DNA of 32,000 bases. Source: Mesorhizobium sp. YM1C-6-2 (GTDB lineage Bacteria; Pseudomonadota; Alphaproteobacteria; Rhizobiales; Rhizobiaceae). Numbering within the stretch: position 1 is the first letter of the stretch; each line of letters starts with the position of its first letter. Positions 24,903 to 31,793 of the stretch are shown in pieces. The DNA lies in the NCBI RefSeq assembly GCF_003666685.1, contig NZ_RCIZ01000013.1, positions 97,507 through 129,506 of the forward strand, in the 5' to 3' direction. A program made the translations under genes and the position numbers. The notes below the pieces were generated by a model. That model did no database searches. It was not told the DNA's origin and saw only the letters and a program-made list of their open reading frames with translations.

Positions 24903-24935
24903 CCGCTCCGAAGGCATTCATTCCCTTCGGAGCGG
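24903..24935. terminator. Strong hairpin between convergent fae and HisA/HisF-like genes (possible bidirectional terminator)
   Basis: CCGCTCCGAAGG (24903-24914) and CCTTCGGAGCGG (24924-24935) form a perfect 12-bp stem with a 9-nt loop. There is no adjacent U-tract on either strand. A T5 run at 24883-24887 follows a weak 4-bp stem upstream. Confidence 0.45.
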
Positions 24936-24960
24936 ATGCCGCGCGGTATTCTCCCATCCT

Positions 24961-25659
24961 TCAGCTGCCGAGCGACGCCAGTTGCCCGGCCGCGAGGGTT
25001 CCATCATGAAGCGAAGTGGCGACCAGCGCGGCGGCAATGCCGAGCGACGACAGCGCACGGATGTCGGTTTCGTCGCGTACCCCGCCGGCGGCGATCACCT
25101 GGCGCTGTCCCGCCTTCTGCTTGATCTCGCCGAGCCGCGCGAAGTCCGGGCCGGCGGCGGCTCCAACCTTGGCCAGGGTCATGACGATCACCCGTTCCGG
25201 CCACAGATCGGGGTTTTCGAGCAGCGACGTCGGGCCGCGAAATCCGTCGCCGAAAAAATCGAGCGAAAGGATGATGCCTGGGTGATCGCGAAAACGCTTG
25301 AGCAAGGAATCGTCTCGCTGCGATTCAGAACCAAGCACCGGGCAGAGCGAAGGTCCCGCCAGCGCCGCGGCCAGCGTGTCCGCATCGGCAATGCCCGCGT
25401 CCACCCAGAGCTCCGGTGCATCGGGCATCGCGCACAGACCGGCGATCGCTTCGGCGTTGGGCGCCCTGCCCTCGATGGCATCGAGGTCGGCAATGTAGAA
25501 AGCTCGGAAAGGAAAGAGCGTGCGCAGTCCGATCGCAACGGAGACCGCATCCGTACTGACGCTGAGCGGCGTCATGATCGGCCTGTAGCTGTCGCGCTGC
25601 CCCTTCTCCGCGCGGACCACCTCGCCGCCTTTCAAGTCGAGAACAGGAATGATACGCAA
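24961..25659 (-). CDS. HisA/HisF-family (beta/alpha)8-barrel protein of the H4MPT cluster
   Basis: The TTG at 25659 (GGAAAGAG just upstream) gives M-RIIPVLDLKGGEVVRAEKG..., the usual N-terminus for this family, and ends VIAAGGVRDETDI. The track ORF extends to 25836, but that extension overlaps the divergent gene. ATG 25725 is an alternative start. Confidence 0.8.
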   Translation of the reverse strand: MRIIPVLDLKGGEVVRAEKGQRDSYRPIMTPLSVSTDAVSVAIGLRTLFPFRAFYIADLDAIEGRAPNAEAIAGLCAMPDAPELWVDAGIADADTLAAALAGPSLCPVLGSESQRDDSLLKRFRDHPGIILSLDFFGDGFRGPTSLLENPDLWPERVIVMTLAKVGAAAGPDFARLGEIKQKAGQRQVIAAGGVRDETDIRALSSLGIAAALVATSLHDGTLAAGQLASLGS

Positions 25660-25705
25660 CGCTCTTTCCGCAGCCCTTCCATTTCTTCGATGAAAGCCTG
25701 AAAGC

Positions 25706-26734
25706 GTGGAAAAAGAAAAGCACATCGTGGCCGGTTTCGATATCGGCGGGGCGCATCTGAAAGTCACGCGCGCCGAGCACGGTCGCGTCGTCGCAGCAGC
25801 GACCGCCGCCACGCCGCTGTGGCAGGGTCTAGACAAGCTCGAAGCAGGCTTCCAGGAGCTGGAACCGATCTATCGCGGCGCCGGCCTCCACGCCTTCACC
25901 ATGACAGGCGAACTGTCGGACATCTTCCCCTCGCGTGAGGCAGGCGTGACGACGCTGCTCAAACAGATCGCCGAACGCTTTCCCGCCGAAAGCCTTGTCT
26001 ATGCGGGACCAGAGGGTTTCGCCGGCATCGATGCAGCGGCGAACCTGACGATGGACGTCGCCTCCGCGAACTGGCATGCGACCGCGGCCCTGGCGGGGCG
26101 CCTTGCCGGCGATGCGCTGCTCGTCGACATGGGCTCCACGACCACCGACATCGTCGCGTTGGAGGCCGGCGCTGTCGCCAATGAAGGCTATACCGACGCC
26201 GAGCGACTGCTCACCGGCGAGCTCGTCTATACCGGCTTCACCCGCACCTTCCTGTTCGGCGTCGCCTCCTCGGCCCCGGTGCGCGGCCGGCTGACGCCGC
26301 TGATGAACGAATATTTCGCATCGATCGCCGATGCACACCGCATCCTCGGCGTGCTCGACGAAGCCGACGACAGGCACCCATCGGCTGACGGCAAGGAGAA
26401 GACCGTCGCCGGCTCGATCGCGCGGCTTGCGCGCATGATCGGTCGCGACACGGCCGATCTCCTCCCCGGCGAATGGCGCGACATCGCCGCGTGGTTCAGC
26501 GAGCAGCAGCTTCGCACGATCCATGACGCGGCGTTCCGCGTGGCGGGAAAGCTCGCCGCCGAGGCACCCATCGTCGGGGCGGGTACCGGCCGTTGGCAGA
26601 TCAAACGACTTGCCCAGCGCATGGAACGCCGCTTCCTCGATTTCGCCGACCTGATCCCGGCCGACGATGCCGTCCGCAACGCGGCAAGCAGCGCTGCGCC
26701 CGCAACCGCGATGGCGTTGCTGGCGGCCGTCTAG
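25706..26734 (+). CDS. Hydantoinase-A-like 'H4MPT-linked C1 transfer pathway' protein (possible MfnF-type methylofuran biosynthesis enzyme)
   Basis: 342 aa with ASKHA-type motifs VAGFDIGGAHLK and LLVDMGSTTTDIV. The start is GTG 25706 or GTG 25727. Confidence 0.8.
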   Translation: MEKEKHIVAGFDIGGAHLKVTRAEHGRVVAAATAATPLWQGLDKLEAGFQELEPIYRGAGLHAFTMTGELSDIFPSREAGVTTLLKQIAERFPAESLVYAGPEGFAGIDAAANLTMDVASANWHATAALAGRLAGDALLVDMGSTTTDIVALEAGAVANEGYTDAERLLTGELVYTGFTRTFLFGVASSAPVRGRLTPLMNEYFASIADAHRILGVLDEADDRHPSADGKEKTVAGSIARLARMIGRDTADLLPGEWRDIAAWFSEQQLRTIHDAAFRVAGKLAAEAPIVGAGTGRWQIKRLAQRMERRFLDFADLIPADDAVRNAASSAAPATAMALLAAV

Positions 26735-27318
26735 CCCTTCGCCGGGTGCGGCTTCATCTCGCCGGCGAGGTGATCGGTCACTTTCCGCATCAGCCAGCCC
26801 CAGGCCTCTTTCTCCTCCGGGCCGGCGGTCTTTTCGATGGCGATCGAGAGATAGGCGATCTCCGCTTCGATCTTCTCGCTGGGCAGCATGCCGAGCCGGC
26901 TGACCAGTATGGCGAGTTCCAGCACGGCGGCCCTGGCGCGGTTGAGGCCGGTGAAGGGTGCATGCGTTTCCTCCTGCACTATCCGGCAGAAATGGCGCGG
27001 CCTCACGCCGTCATCCGCTATGCTTTCCACATGCAGCACGGAATGCGCCAGCGCGGCCGCGAGCCGCGGCACCGGAGCCCCCTCGACCGGCACGGTCGGC
27101 CAATCCTTGCGTCCGGTCAGGCAGCCGGCGAAGATGCGCGGGTCGTCGGTATAGCTGGCAACGGCGAACGGCACCGCCGCCAAATTGTCGAGAGTGACCG
27201 ATGGCCGGAACGGCGCGATGATCCAGCCGTCCCTCTCGGCGATGATGCCGAGCGGCGCGATATGGACTTTCCCGTTCGTATCGACCGTGGTGATGATCGT
27301 CTCGCGAATGTAGGGCAT
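26731..27318 (-). CDS. DUF447-type protein (FMN-binding split-barrel-like; H4MPT/methylofuran cluster)
   Basis: The ATG at 27318 (GGAGGGG upstream, 2 nt after the preceding TAG) gives 195 aa: MPYIRETIITTVDTNGKVHIAPLGI.... The rest of the 477-aa track ORF is an alternate frame of the DHPS-like gene. Confidence 0.8.
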   Translation of the reverse strand: MPYIRETIITTVDTNGKVHIAPLGIIAERDGWIIAPFRPSVTLDNLAAVPFAVASYTDDPRIFAGCLTGRKDWPTVPVEGAPVPRLAAALAHSVLHVESIADDGVRPRHFCRIVQEETHAPFTGLNRARAAVLELAILVSRLGMLPSEKIEAEIAYLSIAIEKTAGPEEKEAWGWLMRKVTDHLAGEMKPHPAKG

Positions 27319-27320
27319 CG

Positions 27321-28715
27321 CTACCCCTCCTTCTTCACCCGCAATGTGTGGCCGGCTTCGGCCAGCCTGGTACGGTCGGTCTCCGGCGCGGGCGCGGCGA
27401 CGCCCCAGGCAAGCGGTTCGTCCTGCGCGTAACGCTTGCCGAGCCGCCAGGCGATCTCGGCCTTCATGAGTTCCGCGCCGAGATAGAAGGCGTGGGCGCC
27501 GTCCCGCTCGACACCCAGACCGGCGAACAGTTCGAACGCATCCTGTGCGACCGCATGGCCCTTGTTGTTGAAGACGTGGATGCCGTCTTCCGCCGTCATG
27601 ATACGGAAATTGGCGTCGCGCACCTCGGCGGCGAGCGTAGCGATGTCCTCGACCGAGGCGGCATAGGGTTTGCGGTCGTGCACCTGCAGCAGGCCGGGAT
27701 CGTAGCTGCGCGGCAGCGCGCCATCGCTCTTCGCCGCAAACAGGATGCGGCGGGCGATATCGTGCTCCTCCACCGTCCGGATCGTATGCGGGCTGACATG
27801 AACGACGAGCACGTTGCGGATATCGAGCTCCGAGCAAAGTCCGGTGAGAAGCGCGGTGACCCCGGAACTGTCGGCGTCGGTGAGTTCGGTGAGGTTGCCC
27901 GTGCCCATCAGCAATTCGACCTCGGGCCAGCGGCGGCGCGCCTCGATGAAACGGCCGATCGAGCGCGCGAAACCGAAATGGATAGGGTCGAGGACGGGAT
28001 CGGCGATGAAGGAGATACCGGCCTTGTCCGCCGCCTTGATGGCGCGCCCGAGTGAATCGAGATCTCCGGGGGCCGACGGGATCAGCACCGGGGTCGCCTT
28101 GCTGTCGAAGGCCAGCGGCAGCGTGTTTTCGTCGAGGCTGAGCAGATAGTCGGCGCCGGCCCATGCGCCGATGCGCAACTCGTCTTGGCTGGCGGAATCG
28201 ACGCTGACGGCAAGGCCCTCCGCCTTCAGCGTGCGTACCGCTTCTCCCAGTAGCGGAAACGGCGTCTCCGGGAGGCAGCCGATGTCGATGATGTTGGCGC
28301 CGGCCTTGGCAAGCGCGTGCGCGCGCTTGACCAGCGCTTCTATCGACAGCGCTGGCGCATCGACGATCTCGGCGAAGATTTTGATGTCGTGTCGGGAAAG
28401 GTCGGGCGGCTGGCCGGCCCGGCCGAGATAGGGCGGCAGGTCCGCAAGCTCGTCAGGACCGCGCTGGAATGGAATGCCGAAATGCTCGGAAAGCCGCTCG
28501 ACATCGCCGCGAAAGCGTCCCGGCAGGATCACGCGATCGGTGCCCTCAGGCATCTTGAGCCGCCGGACTATGATCTCTGCCGTCATCAGCGCCGCGACCT
28601 TTACGCCGATATCGACCACCTCCCAGGCGAATTCCGTGTCGCCGAGCCCGGCGAGCAGCTTCTCCAGCCGCGCTTTGGCGAGATGCCCCGTGAGGAAAAC
28701 CAGCCGCTCAGCCAT
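27321..28715 (-). CDS. Dihydropteroate-synthase-like pterin-binding protein with N-terminal extra domain (H4MPT biosynthesis)
   Basis: 464 aa. The pterin-binding barrel segments are GANIIDIGCLPE, AVSVDSASQDE, GADYLLSL and FIADPVLDPI. 8-nt overlap with the upstream flavoprotein gene. Confidence 0.85.
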   Translation of the reverse strand: MAERLVFLTGHLAKARLEKLLAGLGDTEFAWEVVDIGVKVAALMTAEIIVRRLKMPEGTDRVILPGRFRGDVERLSEHFGIPFQRGPDELADLPPYLGRAGQPPDLSRHDIKIFAEIVDAPALSIEALVKRAHALAKAGANIIDIGCLPETPFPLLGEAVRTLKAEGLAVSVDSASQDELRIGAWAGADYLLSLDENTLPLAFDSKATPVLIPSAPGDLDSLGRAIKAADKAGISFIADPVLDPIHFGFARSIGRFIEARRRWPEVELLMGTGNLTELTDADSSGVTALLTGLCSELDIRNVLVVHVSPHTIRTVEEHDIARRILFAAKSDGALPRSYDPGLLQVHDRKPYAASVEDIATLAAEVRDANFRIMTAEDGIHVFNNKGHAVAQDAFELFAGLGVERDGAHAFYLGAELMKAEIAWRLGKRYAQDEPLAWGVAAPAPETDRTRLAEAGHTLRVKKEG

Positions 28716-29277
28716 GTCCAGCCGGTTCGGCGCGCTTCAACTCGGCATGGCGCTCGCGGATCGCAGCCTTCAGGTCGGCCAGCGATTCGACCACCTTCGT
28801 CCGCTCGAAATCCTTCAGCTTCTCGGTGTTCTCCAGGTCGATCCTGCGCGGATAGACCTTGACCAGCCCGTGCGGCGCCATCGTCTCGAGTTCCGGCGCC
28901 GTGTCGCAGGCAAAGACGATCGACGGCACGCGGCATTTTCCCGCCTGCGCGAAGACATTGGTGGCGAGCGTGTCAGAAATGCCGAGCACGCACTTGGCTA
29001 CGGTGTTGGAAGTCGCCGGCGCGACCACCACCGTATGGTAGATGCCATGATAGAAAGCGCCGACAGGCACCGAACTCGCGGTCTTGTCATGCAGGACGCG
29101 CATCGTCTCGGGAAAATCGAGCTTCAGCTTGTACATGCGCAGCACCTCGTTCGCGGCTTTGGAAACGAAGACGTCGCAATGTTCGAGCCCGTGGATGAGC
29201 TCGAAGCTTTCGACGAAGAAGTGCCCCGAGCCGGTCAGGACCCATGCCCAGCGCGGCGTATGCAGTTTTTCCAGCAT
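28708..29277 (-). CDS. AfpA/DmrB-type flavoprotein (candidate dihydromethanopterin reductase)
   Basis: 189 aa with flavoprotein-family motifs WAWVLTGSGHF and VVVAPATSNTVAKCVLGISD. Homologues in H4MPT clusters have been assigned dihydromethanopterin reductase activity (recollection). Confidence 0.8.
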   Translation of the reverse strand: MLEKLHTPRWAWVLTGSGHFFVESFELIHGLEHCDVFVSKAANEVLRMYKLKLDFPETMRVLHDKTASSVPVGAFYHGIYHTVVVAPATSNTVAKCVLGISDTLATNVFAQAGKCRVPSIVFACDTAPELETMAPHGLVKVYPRRIDLENTEKLKDFERTKVVESLADLKAAIRERHAELKRAEPAGHG

Positions 29278-29350
29278 TCTCAGGCCCGGAGTGAAACAGA
29301 CTGCCCGTTGCGGGCGATTGCCGACGGAATTCGACCGAGACCGATCATTG

Positions 29351-29986
29351 CTACCCTGCCTTGCTCATCGGATTTCCATCCACGATCCGTATCCCCGGTA
29401 TCCGTCCCGACGACAGCGTTGCTGCGGCCGTGCCTGTGTCCTGAGCGCCGGCGACGTAAAGGCCGGTCGCAGCCGGAAGCATGGCAGCAAGATAGGTATC
29501 GACGATACCCCTTGCCATCAGATCGGCGACGCCGTCGTCCCCTGTGAACGCCCTGCTCTGCTTGACCAGCAGCAACGCCTCCGCGCCGAGCTTGCCGGCC
29601 AGCCACGCCGCCAGCGAATCCGAAGTGATCTCCCAGGAGGCCGGAATGTCCTGGGCGGGAGTGGCAAGCGCGGAAGGCAGCCAGACGGGGATTTTCCCCA
29701 CAGCCGAAGCCCGTTCGATCTCCTCTATCGAGTGGGCCGCCGAAAACCTCTTGTGACTGTCCACGATGACGTGCCCGAACTGGTCCATGGCGAGGATCGC
29801 CATGGCATGGGCAGCCGCATCGGAAAAGCCCATGCCTTTCTGCGCGCTGCGCACCTGGTCGGCAAAAGGCCCGCCGCCCGGCACGATGACGAGCGGCAGG
29901 CTCGACCCCGCCAGCGCCGCGATCCAGACCTTCATCTCGTCGTGGCCGGCCGTACTGCCGCCGAGCTTGACGACGATTCCCTTCAC
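29351..29986 (-). CDS. Amino-acid-kinase-fold protein (aspartate/glutamate/uridylate kinase family; possible MfnE-type kinase)
   Basis: 211 aa: MKGIVVKLGGS...LVIVPGGGPFADQVR. GTG start at 29986, overlapping the upstream stop (GTGA). Confidence 0.8.
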   Translation of the reverse strand: MKGIVVKLGGSTAGHDEMKVWIAALAGSSLPLVIVPGGGPFADQVRSAQKGMGFSDAAAHAMAILAMDQFGHVIVDSHKRFSAAHSIEEIERASAVGKIPVWLPSALATPAQDIPASWEITSDSLAAWLAGKLGAEALLLVKQSRAFTGDDGVADLMARGIVDTYLAAMLPAATGLYVAGAQDTGTAAATLSSGRIPGIRIVDGNPMSKAG

Positions 29987-31176
29987 CGGGTGAGGCCTTT
30001 CTTGCCGTGCCCGTGGACCGCGTCTTGCGTTTTCTCCGGCTGTGCCGTGGGCTTGAGCGCCGGCTTCTCGCTGGCCCGTCTGCGCTCTATCTCGACGCCG
30101 ACGCCGCCGGCGCCGAGTTCCAGCTTTTCCACCCTGACCTTTACCCGCACGACGCGCGGGTCCTCGAGTACATGCGCAGCCACCTGCTCGGCCAGCGTCT
30201 CGCTGAGCTCCACATGGCCGCGGGCGATGATGGCGCGGATGCCGTCCATGATGATGTCGTAGGAGAAGACATGACGCATGTCCTCCGGGTTCTTGGTGAC
30301 CCTGAGCACATCGGCGGTCACGTCGAACCGCACCTTCTGCGTATGGCCGTGCTCGAAACTGTAGGCGCCGATCTGGACGGGAAGCACGAAATCCCGCACG
30401 AAGATGCTGTCCGTCCCGAGCGTGGGGTCGACCGCGCCCGGGGAATAGCCGCGTGCCGCGAGCAACCTGTAGTCGACGCTTGCCGAGCGGCCGGTCTGCC
30501 GCTCCTCCGGGATCAGCGAACGGATATGCTTGACGGCCTCCGCATCGATCGTGGCGGTGCGCTGCGACTGATCGCAGAGCGCGCCGCGGAAACCGAGGAA
30601 ATCGGGCGAGAATGGCAGTAGCCGAGGGATGTCGGGCGCTTCGAGCGACCCGCTTAAGCCGACCTGAAGGCCAAGCGCCCGGGCGCGGTTCACGAAAGCC
30701 GGGATGCGCTCCGGCGGGAGGTGATCGAGCAGCCGTCCCCTGGCCTTGTCGGCGGTATCCACCATGACGCCGTGGAAGCCCTGCTTCGCGAACACATCGA
30801 GCAGGTAGAAATCCGGCTCCCTGTCGGCAAACAGCACGGCGATCAGCTTTGTCCGCGCCGCAAGGGGGGCCAAGGCCTCCGCACAGGCGGCGGCGTTTGC
30901 GGAAGGAAAGAAGCCTATCTTGACGTAATCCACACCGGTTGCCGCCACCTCCTCGGCCTTGGCGCGTATGGTTTCCGGCTCCATCGGCAGATCGCCGCAG
31001 ACGGCGCTGGTGGCGCGGCGGCCGGCGACCGCCTGGACCGCCTGGCGGATGATCTCGGTCGCGGCAGCGCCGAGCGCCCCGGCTTTCGGGTCCTTCAGGT
31101 CGATGATGTCGGCGCCGCCCGAAACCGCGATTTCCGCCTCGGCAAGATCGGCGACGCTGGCCAGCATTTTGGTCAT
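29983..31176 (-). CDS. Fusion protein: MfnB-like 4-(hydroxymethyl)-2-furancarboxaldehyde-phosphate synthase domain plus FolB-like dihydroneopterin aldolase domain
   Basis: 397 aa in one uninterrupted frame. Residues ~1-222 (nt 30511-31176) carry GGADIIDLKDPKAGALGA, VDYVKIG, MVDTADKARGRLLDH, LSGSL and GFRGALC, colinear with archaeal MfnB. Residues ~257-367 (nt 30076-30408), SIFVRDFVLPVQIGAYSFEHG..KVRFDV...YDIIMDGI...LSETLAEQVAAHVL...VRVKVRVEKL, are FolB-like. A 30-aa Lys/Pro tail follows. Confidence 0.85.
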   Translation of the reverse strand: MTKMLASVADLAEAEIAVSGGADIIDLKDPKAGALGAAATEIIRQAVQAVAGRRATSAVCGDLPMEPETIRAKAEEVAATGVDYVKIGFFPSANAAACAEALAPLAARTKLIAVLFADREPDFYLLDVFAKQGFHGVMVDTADKARGRLLDHLPPERIPAFVNRARALGLQVGLSGSLEAPDIPRLLPFSPDFLGFRGALCDQSQRTATIDAEAVKHIRSLIPEERQTGRSASVDYRLLAARGYSPGAVDPTLGTDSIFVRDFVLPVQIGAYSFEHGHTQKVRFDVTADVLRVTKNPEDMRHVFSYDIIMDGIRAIIARGHVELSETLAEQVAAHVLEDPRVVRVKVRVEKLELGAGGVGVEIERRRASEKPALKPTAQPEKTQDAVHGHGKKGLTR

Positions 31177-31736
31177 TTCTTCAGTTTCTCCAGCCTGGCC
31201 GACAGGACGTTGCGATAGAGGTAGTCGATGGCGCGTTGCCAGGATTCGTCGGTATTGCCGCGCAGATCGACCGTCGCGCTGGTCACCGGTCGGGAAGTCG
31301 CGGCCTCATGGACAAGAACGCTCATGCTGAGGACAAGTTCGGATACTTTGTAGACGACGCCCGTAAAGGCGTAGTCGGCGCCGAGTTCCCTCGCGAAATC
31401 GTCGGCGCAGTTGCCGCAGGCCTGCAGGTTGGCGGCGGCCGCCTTCTCGGCGAAAGGTTCGGTGTTAACAAGGTCGAAGCCCGAGTTGGCCAGATGGGCG
31501 CGCAGGCGCTCGGTGACCATTGCGCGCCTTTTGTCCTCGGCTTCCTTCTTGCTCGGCACACCCGGCACCAGTTCGCCATGCTGGAGCTCGAATTCAAAGA
31601 CCGCGGCCTTGCCGTCGGCATGCGCCGTGTTGGCCGTGATGCCCACCGCTAAACTTGCCGTGAGCAGGAAGGCCATGGGGGTTGATATCGAAAGTTGCTG
31701 CGTTAAGGTCATCACGGCACCGAAAAAATACTGCAT
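31173..31736 (-). CDS. Exported protein of unknown function (DUF3280/DUF2380-like as I recall; PQQ-system associated)
   Basis: 187-aa ORF with hydrophobic leader ...MAFLLTASLAVGITANTAHA, then AVFEFELQHGEL..., CGNCADDFARELGADYAFTGVVYKVSELVLSMSV. The start is uncertain (31736, 31712 or 31676). ATGA overlap with the MfnB::FolB gene. Confidence 0.6.
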   Translation of the reverse strand: MQYFFGAVMTLTQQLSISTPMAFLLTASLAVGITANTAHADGKAAVFEFELQHGELVPGVPSKKEAEDKRRAMVTERLRAHLANSGFDLVNTEPFAEKAAAANLQACGNCADDFARELGADYAFTGVVYKVSELVLSMSVLVHEAATSRPVTSATVDLRGNTDESWQRAIDYLYRNVLSARLEKLKK

Positions 31737-31793
31737 CGCAAGTCCGGATGATATTTGGCCGGCTTACGCAGCATGGGAGAGAGAACGCCTGCT

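Noticed and set aside
27319-28164. Upstream part of the 477-aa ORF 26731-28164 (minus strand)
   Set aside because: It is an alternate frame of the DHPS-like gene. The DUF447-type protein starts at the ATG at 27318, preceded by GGAGGGG.
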